NCBI GenBank assembly: GCA_030647415.1
Contig: JAUSKB010000026.1
Location: 10,894-74,893 of the forward strand
Direction of reading: 5' to 3'
Length of the DNA stretch: 64,000 bases
Source: a bacterium
GTDB taxonomy: Bacteria; Patescibacteriota; Minisyncoccia; UBA6257; GWB1-50-10
A model generated the notes under the pieces. It saw only the letters and a list, made by a program, of their open reading frames with translations. It was not told where the DNA came from and ran no database searches. A program made the position numbers and the translations under genes. Position 1 is the stretch's first letter. Each line of letters opens with the position of its first letter. This document shows, piece after piece, positions 17,496 to 26,898 of this stretch.

Positions 17496-17960
17496 CTACA
17501 ACGGACCACTCGACGGACTCGCCCTCCGGATCTCGCGGTCGGTCTCGCGTTTCCTGATGACGTCGCGCTTATCCCCTTTCTTCCTGCTCCGGGCGAGACC
17601 GAGCGCGACCTTCAGCTTCCCGTTCCGAGAGTATAGTCGCAGTGGAATGATTGTCAAACCGCGTTCCTTCGTCGAACCGATGAGTGCGGCAATCTCCTTT
17701 TTATGTAGGAGGAGCCGCCGGGACCGCTTCTGGTCATGCTTTTCCTGCCCCGGGGGGAGGTTCTTCGGTTGGTACGGCGGGATGTCGAGGTTCAGAAGCC
17801 AGAGCTCGGCGCCGCGGACGATGGCGTGCGACCCGCCAAGGTTCGCCCGGCCCAACGCAACAGACTTAACCTCGAACCCCTTGAGCTCGATGCCCGCCTC
17901 GATGGTCTCGAGGATTTCGTAGTCGAAGGTGGCCCTCCGGTTGACGGCGAGGTCTGACAT
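17496..17960 (-). CDS. smpB: SsrA-binding protein SmpB.
   Basis: NRRATFDYEILETIEAGIELKGFEVKS... and the C-terminal basic tail (KKGDKRDVIRKRE) match SmpB throughout. Confidence 0.9.
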   Translation of the reverse strand: MSDLAVNRRATFDYEILETIEAGIELKGFEVKSVALGRANLGGSHAIVRGAELWLLNLDIPPYQPKNLPPGQEKHDQKRSRRLLLHKKEIAALIGSTKERGLTIIPLRLYSRNGKLKVALGLARSRKKGDKRDVIRKRETDREIRRASPSSGPL

Positions 17961-18007
17961 TGATAGGTTCAGGGTAGCACACTACTTCACTAATTGAGGA
18001 GGAGAAT

Positions 18008-18406
18008 ATGGGACAGATATATCCGATGGGACAGACGGTCGCGCAGTTCGCCGCGAACCAGCTCACTAGTCTTTTACGGGCGGGAAAAATACTTAACCCG
18101 TTTGAGAAAGAGGAGGCACTTAATTGTCTTGAGAGCATTTCATTGCTCAAAAGAAACGGCGACCAGCGAATGTGTGTCATCTGCAAGACGCATAAACAAA
18201 CGGGGCCGGCCTTGCCCCTCATGCCGCTATGTCATTCGCACCTGCACGTCATCATCGATGCGAGCGCCCGTACGGATATTCGTCCGGAAGATTCGACCTG
18301 CCATTGCGGACAATGCACCTTATTGTACTTCTCGGGCTGCGAGAGAAAAATTCCGGTGTGGGAAGGGCAGTGTTACAGCTACCTTGAGAAGATTCTGTGC
18401 TTGTAG
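18008..18406 (+). CDS. Cys/His-rich hypothetical protein (132 aa), zinc-finger-like.
   Basis: RBS gaggagg. Multiple C/H pairs (CVICKTHK, CHSHLH, CHCGQC). Confidence 0.5.
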   Translation: MGQIYPMGQTVAQFAANQLTSLLRAGKILNPFEKEEALNCLESISLLKRNGDQRMCVICKTHKQTGPALPLMPLCHSHLHVIIDASARTDIRPEDSTCHCGQCTLLYFSGCERKIPVWEGQCYSYLEKILCL

Positions 18407-18416
18407 CTCGGTAGTG

Positions 18417-18447
18417 GACGGACTCGCGCGAGTCCGTCATTTTTTTT
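18417..18447 (+). terminator. Rho-independent terminator gacggactcgcg-cgagtccgtc followed by TTTTTTTT.
   Basis: Perfect stem plus U-run. Confidence 0.7.
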
Positions 18448-18475
18448 CCCTCTTGCCTGTGCTTTAATAAGAACC

Positions 18476-20068
18476 ATGCGAGCACAAATCCGCGCCGCGA
18501 TAGCCGACCTCGTCCCGCCCGGGACGGCAATCGAAGTGGTCCCGGCGGACCACGAAGACATGGGTGACTACTCGACCCGCGTGGCGTTCACACTCTCAAA
18601 AGTGCTCGGGAGGCCGCCGGTTGCGATTGCGGAGGATATCGCGGCGGCGCTCAAGAAAAAACATCCGGACCTTGTCCGTGACGCCGTCGCCGCCACGCCG
18701 GGGTTCCTGAACATCACGCTCACGGACGCCGCACTCCAGAGCGTCGTCACTGAAGTACTTGAGAAGGGCAGTGGTTACGGCCCCAATAAGCTCCCCGAGG
18801 CCGAGCGGGAGCACATACAGGTGGAGTACATCTCCGCGAACCCGACCGGACCCCTCACGCTCGCAAACGGCCGCGGCGGATTCCTCGGGGACGTCATCTC
18901 AAACGCGCTCATGGCCGTGGGGCACATGGTGGAGCGCGAGTACTACGTGAATGACACTGGGAATCAGATCGAAACTCTCGGGAAATCCATACTCGCGGCC
19001 GCGGGGAAGATTCCGCCGGAAGAGACCTTCTACAAGGGCGACTACGTCCGCATCTGGGCGGAGGCGCATTTGAAGGATGTGGAGCGGCTCGCGAGCGACC
19101 CCCACGAGCTGGGCCGCACGGCGGCGCGGGACTTCCTTACGGTCATGAAATCCGTCGTGGAGGGCAAGGCGGGTATCCTCTTCGACCGGTACACATCGGA
19201 ATATGACGACATCCGCGCGAAGGGGTACCCAGAAAAGGCGCTCGCCCTATTCCGCATGAAAGGCGTGGCGTACGAGGCGGATGGCACCGTCTGGCTCAAG
19301 ACCACCGACTTCGGCGACGATAAGGACCGCGTGCTCGTCATGAAAACAGGCGAGCCGACCTACTTCCTTGCGGATGCCGGCCACTACATCGAGACCGTGG
19401 AGCGCGGATTCACGTGGAAGATTAACATCCTCGGGCCGGACCACTACGGGTACGTGGCGCGCATCCAGGCCGCCGCGAAGCTTGTGGAGCTCCAAAAATC
19501 CGAGGTGCTTATCACACAGGCGGTGCGGCTCATTGAGAACGGGGTGGAGCGGAAGATGTCGAAACGCAGTGGAACCTTTGTGGCGTTCAACGAACTCGTG
19601 GAGGAGGTACTGCCCGACGCCGCGCGATTCTTCTTCCTCTCGGTGGCGCCCGAATCACACATGGATTTCGACCTCACGCTCGCGAAGGAGCGGTCCAACA
19701 AGAACCCCGTCTTCTACGCCCAGTATGCCTACGTCCGCGCGGTGAAGGTGCTCGAGAGGTTCGGGGGTGAACCAAATCAAACGACGCCGCTCACCCCCCT
19801 CACCGGCGCGAAGGACCGCCGCCTCATGCGCCTCATCGCCGACTACCCCGCTGCCGTCGAGGATACGGCGCGCGATTACCGCGTCCACCGCCTCACGCAG
19901 TACGCCTCGGCGCTCGCTAAGGGTCTCCACGACTGGTACGAGACGGAGCACGTAGTGGGAGAGGCGCCGGACGTCGCCCGTGCGCGCGCGGCGCTCCTTG
20001 CCGCCGTGAAAATCACCTTCGAGAACCTCTTCTCCGTCATCGGCATCACCGCCCCAAGCGAGATGTGA
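18476..20068 (+). CDS. argS: Arginyl-tRNA synthetase.
   Basis: Class I signature SANPTGPLTLANGRGG, MSKRSG motif and C-terminal DALR anticodon-binding region. ~530 aa. Confidence 0.9.
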   Translation: MRAQIRAAIADLVPPGTAIEVVPADHEDMGDYSTRVAFTLSKVLGRPPVAIAEDIAAALKKKHPDLVRDAVAATPGFLNITLTDAALQSVVTEVLEKGSGYGPNKLPEAEREHIQVEYISANPTGPLTLANGRGGFLGDVISNALMAVGHMVEREYYVNDTGNQIETLGKSILAAAGKIPPEETFYKGDYVRIWAEAHLKDVERLASDPHELGRTAARDFLTVMKSVVEGKAGILFDRYTSEYDDIRAKGYPEKALALFRMKGVAYEADGTVWLKTTDFGDDKDRVLVMKTGEPTYFLADAGHYIETVERGFTWKINILGPDHYGYVARIQAAAKLVELQKSEVLITQAVRLIENGVERKMSKRSGTFVAFNELVEEVLPDAARFFFLSVAPESHMDFDLTLAKERSNKNPVFYAQYAYVRAVKVLERFGGEPNQTTPLTPLTGAKDRRLMRLIADYPAAVEDTARDYRVHRLTQYASALAKGLHDWYETEHVVGEAPDVARARAALLAAVKITFENLFSVIGITAPSEM

Positions 20069-20082
20069 CCAGAGTTTGACTA

Positions 20083-20126
20083 AAGAACATTCTAACCCCG
20101 CCAAGGCGGGGTTAGAATGTTCTTGC
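20083..20126. repeat. Long perfect hairpin (20-bp stem) aagaacattctaaccccgcc-aagg-ggcggggttagaatgttctt, downstream of argS.
   Basis: Read directly. Shares the accccgcc/ggcggggt core with the hairpins at 2051 and 4403. No U-run follows. Confidence 0.6.
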
Positions 20127-20287
20127 TTACCCGTACTCACTTGACACACAAACTGTACAGCAGTACAAGGGGGGTAGCGTGGGGCGAACCCGCATTCACA
20201 AAAAAACCGCCGTACCGCGCCTTCGGGCATCCGGTAGCGGCACGCGTTCCTCGGAACGCGGTTTACTTCGGCTTCGGCCGAGAAAGG

Positions 20288-21421
20288 ATGGTTGATATGA
20301 ACCGGTACACACCGCTAAAGAGCGAGTTAGCAGCATATGGAAACCCACAGGAAACGGTCTGGCTCGCACAAACGTTAAAACAAATCTCCGATGCCAAACA
20401 GCAAATCGGGACTGTTGAAATATTCTTTCAACACACGGTACGCGTCATATGTGAAACCAACAATGCCAAGCGCCAAACGGAACTTGGCATCTACGCTGAC
20501 AATATCATCGGGTGGCTTTGGAGGGCCATCGAGGAGGCGGAATTCAACCCGTTCCTGGGCAGCGACGGAACCAGGTGGTGGTGGACTACCGCCAACGGTG
20601 AGTACGACAAGCGAGTGAACCCGGCGAGACGCGAGGCTCATAGAAAAAAGGTGGAGTGTGCCATGCGGCTCGAGAAATGGCTCTTCCCGTTCCGATATGC
20701 CAAAGGTCCGAAAACGGCGCTGTCGAAAGCGCACCTGAACATCCTCCGCACAATAGCGGAACAGTTCTACGGCACCGATGACGACACGGAGGCGAAATGC
20801 TTGTTCGACTTCCTCCGCACGTGCTACCTCACGGGCCATGACCAGGACTGCGACGAGGTGCTTACCGCACTTCGGACCGCGCGAGGACCCCGGGATGCCG
20901 AGCGGGACATCCGATTCGCGATTGACGCGATGGATACGCGCATCGGCGAAACGTCGGAAATTGCCCTGCTCTTGATGCACCGCAGGGCAAAAAATCTCGA
21001 GAGATGCCGGCAGAGGCGGGAGGTCAGGTTATCCAGTACCACGTATCCGCTCTCGCGTGCGGCATTCGACCTGGTGGAGCTCACCGCGGAACAAATCTCC
21101 TCGTCCGACACCGCTATTCGTGACCTCTGCGAGATGCTAGGAAGCCCGGTGGAAAATGTGTGCCACACTCTTGAGCCGGTCGGAAAACGGACAATTTCGC
21201 TTGCATACGTCTCTGTGAACGAGGTGGTCGTTTCTTTCACCAAGATACAGCAGTCATACGATATGGACGAGCCATACCGGGAATTCGACAAGGCGTTCTG
21301 TATCGTGGGGGAATGGCGCAGAAAGCACCCGGACGCGCCTCGGGTGAGGTTCCAGTTGAAAGTAAAAGCGGGAGGAGCACGTGTCCAAGAGTTGGCGTCG
21401 CCGCCAACTCGCACGCGGTGA
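20288..21421 (+). CDS. Hypothetical protein (~377 aa).
   Basis: RBS aaagga then ATG at 20288. The preceding part of the track ORF spans the argS terminator region. No family assigned. Confidence 0.5.
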   Translation: MVDMNRYTPLKSELAAYGNPQETVWLAQTLKQISDAKQQIGTVEIFFQHTVRVICETNNAKRQTELGIYADNIIGWLWRAIEEAEFNPFLGSDGTRWWWTTANGEYDKRVNPARREAHRKKVECAMRLEKWLFPFRYAKGPKTALSKAHLNILRTIAEQFYGTDDDTEAKCLFDFLRTCYLTGHDQDCDEVLTALRTARGPRDAERDIRFAIDAMDTRIGETSEIALLLMHRRAKNLERCRQRREVRLSSTTYPLSRAAFDLVELTAEQISSSDTAIRDLCEMLGSPVENVCHTLEPVGKRTISLAYVSVNEVVVSFTKIQQSYDMDEPYREFDKAFCIVGEWRRKHPDAPRVRFQLKVKAGGARVQELASPPTRTR

Positions 21422-21430
21422 GTATACAAA

Positions 21431-21455
21431 GACCGGGCTCGTCCCGGTCTTTTTT
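21431..21455 (+). terminator. Rho-independent terminator gaccgggc-tcgt-cccggtc followed by TTTTTT.
   Basis: Read directly. Confidence 0.7.
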
Positions 21456-21545
21456 ATCGCGCCATAACATGCGCATCATTGACTTTCTGACGTTTGGTGG
21501 TATCGTACCCATCGGTATCATTTCATTCACATATTGGAGTTGCTA

Positions 21546-21883
21546 TGAACGTCAACGAAGAGATCCGTGCCGCCATCAAGGGATTTGTCGCGGTCGCGAA
21601 GAAGGTGCGAATCTCGTGTAGTAAGGACGGCGGAATCACCACCACTACCCTCTCTGGGGCGGAGGCGGTCAAGCGCATCGAAGAGCTCGTCGAGAAAGCT
21701 GAGATCTCGCGAATTAAAATCATGAGCTCAAAGAAAGAGATTGCCAGCTTCCCATTCATCGGGGGCACCGTCGCCGCGGCGGCGGTCGCCATCTTCGCCC
21801 TTCCCCTCGCGCTACTCGGCATGGCGGCGCTCATCCTAGGCGAATGCGACGTCGAAATCGAGGCAAAAGAGAAACAGCGGTAG
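21546..21883 (+). CDS. Hypothetical protein with a C-terminal TM anchor (112 aa).
   Basis: RBS ggag. Hydrophobic C-terminal segment. Confidence 0.45.
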
Positions 21884-22011
21884 CTCTGTATTCATTCACC
21901 GCCCCCTCCAAGGGGCGGCTTTGTTTCCGGAACCAATTTGACTATTAATACCTTTTATATTAGAATATACATACGATATTTCACAATTCATAATCAAATT
22001 TTGGAGGGCAC

Positions 22012-23223
22012 ATGCCCCAGAAAAAAGTGATTGTTATCGGCACTGGCCACCTTGCCGACGTGACCGAGGACAAGCTCGCTGAGGGTGCGAAGTTCGAGGT
22101 TATACGAATCAAGTCGAAGACCTTCCAATTCGACGAGGATACGGACATCCAGGAAGAATCGCTCCAGTATGCAAAAGAGCGACTCGTCGAGGCGGGTATC
22201 CAGAAAGCGTTTGTGGTGTGTCTCGTAGACAGCACGGATGGCCTGAATGTGCACGTCCTCCTCGCTGTGGCGGAACTTCGTCCGGACATCCCCACATTCG
22301 TGTCAATCATCGACGAGACAATCTATCACAACGTGTCTGGCTTCGACCACAATGTGGTCGTCGTGAATCCTGCTAAGATCGCCGAGCCAGCGTTCATCAG
22401 CGCGCTCGAGGAGCGACTCCCGAAGCAACGCTCGTTTATGGACCAAGTCGTCCAGCGAACGCTCGAGTTGCCGCCGCCAAAAAAGTCCCGCGCCGCGGTC
22501 TTCATGACCGCGCTCATCCTCGTCATGATGGGGATTGATATCCTCTTCTTCATGATGACGGAGGGGCTCTCGTTCACAAAGGCCTACTACTACTTCGCGA
22601 GCGAGGTGACCTCGTTCTCGTTCGGCGACGTGATGGTGAAGCAGTACGACCCGTGGATCGAGAATACCCGCACCACGCTACTGCTCATGACCTTCGCAAT
22701 CGTCCCTATTGGCATCGGCATCATCGCCGGCACCTGGTGGGCGCATCTGAACGAACTCCGAACCACCGGCAAGCGCCGGTACCGGATGCGAGACCACATC
22801 GTTGTGTGCGGACTCGGAAATCTCGGGTACCGCATCGCGGAAACTCTCTTCGAAAAAGGGCTGCGGGTCCTCGTGATCGAGCGCGAGCTCGAGACGCCGA
22901 ACGTGGAGCTCGCACGAGCGCGGGGCATCCCGGTCATGATCGCGGACGCGACGGCGCGCTACGCGCTCACGAACGCAAACGTAGGGAGGGCCGCCGCGAT
23001 CATATCCGCGGTGAATGACGATATGCAGTCGCTCAAGATCGGTCTCGGCGCGCGGTGGTTCAATCCGAATCTCCGCATCGTGCTCCGCATCTTCGACCGC
23101 GGCACCGCGAACGCAATCTGCGAGCGCTTCGGCATCCAGTTCGCCCTGTCGATGTCCGATATGGCGTCAGACAAGATCGTGGGCGACATTCTCCAGCTCG
23201 CAGGCACGCCGCGAGCGAATTGA
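22012..23223 (+). CDS. Potassium-channel family protein with two TrkA-N/RCK NAD-binding domains.
   Basis: N-terminal Rossmann VIVIGTGHLA. Central TM region with a pore-like TSFSFGDV. Second Rossmann HIVVCGLGNLGYRIA. Confidence 0.65.
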   Translation: MPQKKVIVIGTGHLADVTEDKLAEGAKFEVIRIKSKTFQFDEDTDIQEESLQYAKERLVEAGIQKAFVVCLVDSTDGLNVHVLLAVAELRPDIPTFVSIIDETIYHNVSGFDHNVVVVNPAKIAEPAFISALEERLPKQRSFMDQVVQRTLELPPPKKSRAAVFMTALILVMMGIDILFFMMTEGLSFTKAYYYFASEVTSFSFGDVMVKQYDPWIENTRTTLLLMTFAIVPIGIGIIAGTWWAHLNELRTTGKRRYRMRDHIVVCGLGNLGYRIAETLFEKGLRVLVIERELETPNVELARARGIPVMIADATARYALTNANVGRAAAIISAVNDDMQSLKIGLGARWFNPNLRIVLRIFDRGTANAICERFGIQFALSMSDMASDKIVGDILQLAGTPRAN

Positions 23224-23240
23224 ATAACAGTAAACAAAAA

Positions 23241-23272
23241 GCCCCGGAATCATTCCGGGGCTTACTTTTTTC
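23241..23272. terminator. Bidirectional terminator gccccggaat-c-attccggggc flanked by A/T runs.
   Basis: Sits between the convergent gene ends 23223 and 23277. Confidence 0.7.
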
Positions 23273-23276
23273 TGCT

Positions 23277-23894
23277 TTAGAAGGTCACGCCAATACCAGC
23301 GTAGACCTTCACAAATTCTGTCTGCGTCGGGCTCCCATACGCGAACACCTTCGCGTACAGGTTTCCATACGTGGCCTTCAAAACCAGCCCCAGGTCAATC
23401 GCGGTTTCCGCGCCAGGCAGAAAATCGCGATACACCTGCTGGGAGAGGCCCAGGTCCCAATGCGGTGCGACGGCATACAGCCATTCGCCCCATTGGTAGA
23501 AACATTCCTGGTACCCCGCTACCCCGAAGGACGGTTGGATCAGGGTAATGAAGGAGAAGTCCCCAGATCTCCCCCAGAAATATATCTCGGGAGAAATACC
23601 TTGGTAAGTCGGGCCACCGATGTATCCCAAGGCCCCAGTGACGGTAAAACTGTCTCCCCCGAACGTCTTGCCAATAAAGCCGGTGACGGCTTTTTCAGCG
23701 TCAAAATTATACCGGACGTCGAGAAGAATCGGGCTTTCGGGTGTCATCCCGTACATGTACCACGGAATGATATCGAACCGTCCGTGGATCCCGTTCACGC
23801 GCGTCTCCTTGAAGTACAGAGACGCATCATGCTGTGACAACGCGGCTACGCTCGTGAGCATGAGCACCGTGAGTAAAGTTAATTTTTTCTTCAA
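23277..23894 (-). CDS. Putative outer-membrane beta-barrel protein with a signal peptide and C-terminal Phe.
   Basis: N-terminal signal peptide (MKKKLTLLTVLMLTSVAALS). Gly/Tyr/aromatic-rich alternating pattern. The C-terminus YAGIGVTF matches the OMP beta-signal. Confidence 0.5.
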   Translation of the reverse strand: MKKKLTLLTVLMLTSVAALSQHDASLYFKETRVNGIHGRFDIIPWYMYGMTPESPILLDVRYNFDAEKAVTGFIGKTFGGDSFTVTGALGYIGGPTYQGISPEIYFWGRSGDFSFITLIQPSFGVAGYQECFYQWGEWLYAVAPHWDLGLSQQVYRDFLPGAETAIDLGLVLKATYGNLYAKVFAYGSPTQTEFVKVYAGIGVTF

Positions 23895-24068
23895 GATCCC
23901 TCCTCTTTTTTTGAATTCAAACGTTTGCTGGATAAATTATAGCAATATAAAAACTAGATGTCAATATCTCGTGCGCAAATTCAAATATACGATATTATTG
24001 ACTTATTTATTAATAAGTTTTATTATATAATCAGTTTTTTATTCACACCACATATACAGGAGGAAGGC

Positions 24069-25055
24069 ATGACTATGAGCAAACTCTTCGCCAAAACCTA
24101 TGGCTTTGACGACGGACACAAGCAAAAAGAGCCGGCACAGGTCTGGTTCACGCACTCTATTGATGGGCTGGTACTTTTTGTCGTGTTCTACACACAGGCG
24201 TGCCGATGGGGCAAATGTGCGGGATGCAATCTCCCCTCGCTCTCATCGAGTCACCACATAGGATACCTGGATATCATGAAGCAGGTTGATACGCTCTTCA
24301 GCCGCACCGACGTTCGAAAACATCGAAAAGATATCCGCCAGGTGGTACTCTCCAACAACGGCTCGGTGTTCGACCAGGAAATATTCTCGACTACGGCGCT
24401 CATGTACTTCATGGCCGTCGTGAACCGCGAGCTCCCCAACCTGGCAGTGCTTACCATCGAAACCCAGCCGGACTACGTGGATATGGAGGAATTGGAAATC
24501 CTCGCTCGGGCAATCCACGAAGGCACCACCCCGACCACGCTTGAGGTCGCCATCGGCTTCGAGGCATACGACGACCGAATCCGCAACAAGGTCTTTCTGA
24601 AGGGGCTCTCGCTCCGAGAGGTTGAAAATCTCGCGGAAAAGCTCGCAAAACACGGGTTCCGCCTGAAATGCTACTTCATGCAGAAACCTGTTCCTGATAT
24701 GACCGATGAGGAGGCGGTGCGCGATATTCAGGATGGCATCGACTACCTGCACAAGCTTGCGACTAGATTCGGGATCGCGGTGACGATGCACCTCAACCCG
24801 ACATACGCCGCACGAGGCACCATACTTGAGACCGCACTCAAAAATGGAATCTACGCCCCGCCGAGGCTCGCTGATGTTGCACGCGCCGCACGGTATGCCC
24901 AGGGGAAACGTGTTGCAGTGCACTTCGGTCTGAACGATGAGGGGCTCGCCACGGAAGGTGGCTCCTTCATCCGCCCCGGTGAGGAGGAGTTCCTCAAAAT
25001 GTTGGAGAGGTTCAATGAGACACAGGACTTTTCTCTCATTGAAGAAAAGGGGTAG
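24069..25055 (+). CDS. Radical SAM superfamily protein (TIGR01212/YhcC- or Elp3-like).
   Basis: Cys cluster ACRWGKCAGCN. Glycine-rich VVLSNNGSVFD. LTIETQPDYVD and LEVAIGFEAYDDRIRNKV resemble the Elp3/YhcC IETRPD and VQS..D motifs. RBS aggagg. Confidence 0.5.
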   Translation: MTMSKLFAKTYGFDDGHKQKEPAQVWFTHSIDGLVLFVVFYTQACRWGKCAGCNLPSLSSSHHIGYLDIMKQVDTLFSRTDVRKHRKDIRQVVLSNNGSVFDQEIFSTTALMYFMAVVNRELPNLAVLTIETQPDYVDMEELEILARAIHEGTTPTTLEVAIGFEAYDDRIRNKVFLKGLSLREVENLAEKLAKHGFRLKCYFMQKPVPDMTDEEAVRDIQDGIDYLHKLATRFGIAVTMHLNPTYAARGTILETALKNGIYAPPRLADVARAARYAQGKRVAVHFGLNDEGLATEGGSFIRPGEEEFLKMLERFNETQDFSLIEEKG

Positions 25056-25064
25056 AAGTACAGA

Positions 25065-25096
25065 AACCCGCTCGATATGAGCGGGTTTGCTTTTTC
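25065..25096 (+). terminator. Rho-independent terminator aaacccgctc-gatat-gagcgggttt followed by a T-run.
   Basis: Read directly. Confidence 0.7.
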
Positions 25097-25216
25097 GGGT
25101 ATATTTGACAAAAAATGACTTCCCTGCTATAAGAACAATAGCTTTTTCCAATGGAGCAGACTAGCTCACCAGCTAATCGCGCTCCCTATACATTCCACTA
25201 ATAAAAGGAGGTACCG

Positions 25217-26887
25217 ATGAAACACGCTGCGATGCTTTTCGCGGTGGTGGCGATCCTTATGTGCATTTTTGCACAGGGATTTGCTCAGAAGATTGAAACC
25301 ATCCAGGCAAGACCGCTGGTCGACGTTGTAACGGACCAGCTCCGTTCGGTGTCTGACCAAGACGCCATCCCTGTCATCACGTGGGGTGGTGACGTCGCCA
25401 CGCAGTACGCTTTGGAGAAGGGGCTTATCTCGGGACGTCTGTTCCTGGAAAACAACTTCGTGAAGCAGGTGCGTATGTGCGTGCAAGGGAAGACCCCGTA
25501 CATTCGCGGTACCGCAGGCATGGTAAATGCGGCGGCAGAGGCGCTTGAGGCAAAGGGGATCACCCTCGTGCCTATATACAAACTCACCTGGTCAACGGGT
25601 GGCGATGTCTTGGTGGTTCGAAACACCATCAAGAAGCTCTCCGACCTGCGCGGAAAGAAGATTGCTCTGCAATTGTATGGTCCACACATGGACCTCATTG
25701 CAAACATACTTTTGAACGCAAAGGTGAGTCCTAACGAGGTCACATTCGTCTGGTTCGAGGAGCTCACCCTACCAGGGGCGGGCTACCAAGGGCCGATTCG
25801 GAACCCCGTTGAAGCATTCCAGCATGACCAGACGATTGACGCGGTGCTCTGCATCGATATTGACGCTGCATCGCTTACAGCGAGTGAAGGTGGGGTCCCC
25901 GGCGCACGGAAAGCCTTCTCGACTGCGACCGCCTCTCGGATCATATCCGACTGGTACGCGGTGAGGAGTGACTACCTCGAAGCAAATCGGACGACCGTCG
26001 AGAAATTTGTCGGTGGTCTCATGAAGGGTCAGGAAGGATTCAGTGACCTCCAGAAAAACTGGAAGTCGCAGAAGGACGAGTGGAATTCAATCCTCCAAAA
26101 GTCCGCAAACCTCCTACTCGGCTCCGCAAATCTCGGAAGTGATGTAGCAGGCATGCTCCAGGGCTGCACGTTCGTTGATTACAACGGCAACATGCAGTTC
26201 TTCACCGGGAAAGGCGGTACAAGAAACATGGAGACGCTCACAAAAGAGATTCAGTCTTCCTTCGTAAAGATGGGCATCATGCGATCGCGTGTGAACCTCA
26301 CTGATGCGAACTGGAACTATGCCGCACTCGCGGCGGGACTCCGGTACGCAAAGAGCGTACCCGCGGAACCAACGGAAGCCTACAACCCCAAAAAGGTTGA
26401 GGCGTTCGTGGCGAAAAGAATCGAAGGCGAGTCGGGCTCATTCGCGGAGAGTGCAATGCTCCCCTCGTTCGAAATCCTCTTCAAGCCAAACCAGACCGAG
26501 TTCTCAACCGATGAGTACTCGGATAACTTCCGCGAAGCGCAGGGAGCTATCGATGCGTTCGGTGGCGCCATCGTCGTCGTTGAAGGTCATTCTGACCCAA
26601 CGAAGGTCGCAAAGATGCGCGTTGCGAATGACCCAACAGTGGCGCTCGTCGAACAGGCGGCAAAAAACACCTCACTCGAGCGGGCAAATGAAGTTCGAAA
26701 AAGTTTCATCGCATTCTGCAAGAAGCGCGGTACACCCATTGATGCCTCAAAGGTTACAGTGGCGGGTGTTGGAGTGAAGCACCCCAAGTACCCGAAACCG
26801 GCAACGGAGGAGCAGTGGAAGCAGAACTTCCGTGTCGTCTTCCGCATGGTTTCACTCGAGGGCGAATCAACTTCATTTGAAAAGTGA
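25217..26887 (+). CDS. Secreted NMT1/SsuA-like substrate-binding protein fused to a C-terminal OmpA-like peptidoglycan-binding domain.
   Basis: Signal peptide. Periplasmic-binding-protein-like body. C-terminal VVEGHSDPTKVAK...SLERANEVRKSF...GVGVKHP matches the OmpA_C pattern (GHTD...LS.RRA..V). Promoter TTGACA-17-TATAAG at 25105-25133. RBS aaaggagg. Confidence 0.6.
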   Translation: MKHAAMLFAVVAILMCIFAQGFAQKIETIQARPLVDVVTDQLRSVSDQDAIPVITWGGDVATQYALEKGLISGRLFLENNFVKQVRMCVQGKTPYIRGTAGMVNAAAEALEAKGITLVPIYKLTWSTGGDVLVVRNTIKKLSDLRGKKIALQLYGPHMDLIANILLNAKVSPNEVTFVWFEELTLPGAGYQGPIRNPVEAFQHDQTIDAVLCIDIDAASLTASEGGVPGARKAFSTATASRIISDWYAVRSDYLEANRTTVEKFVGGLMKGQEGFSDLQKNWKSQKDEWNSILQKSANLLLGSANLGSDVAGMLQGCTFVDYNGNMQFFTGKGGTRNMETLTKEIQSSFVKMGIMRSRVNLTDANWNYAALAAGLRYAKSVPAEPTEAYNPKKVEAFVAKRIEGESGSFAESAMLPSFEILFKPNQTEFSTDEYSDNFREAQGAIDAFGGAIVVVEGHSDPTKVAKMRVANDPTVALVEQAAKNTSLERANEVRKSFIAFCKKRGTPIDASKVTVAGVGVKHPKYPKPATEEQWKQNFRVVFRMVSLEGESTSFEK

Positions 26888-26898
26888 GGGGGCAACCC

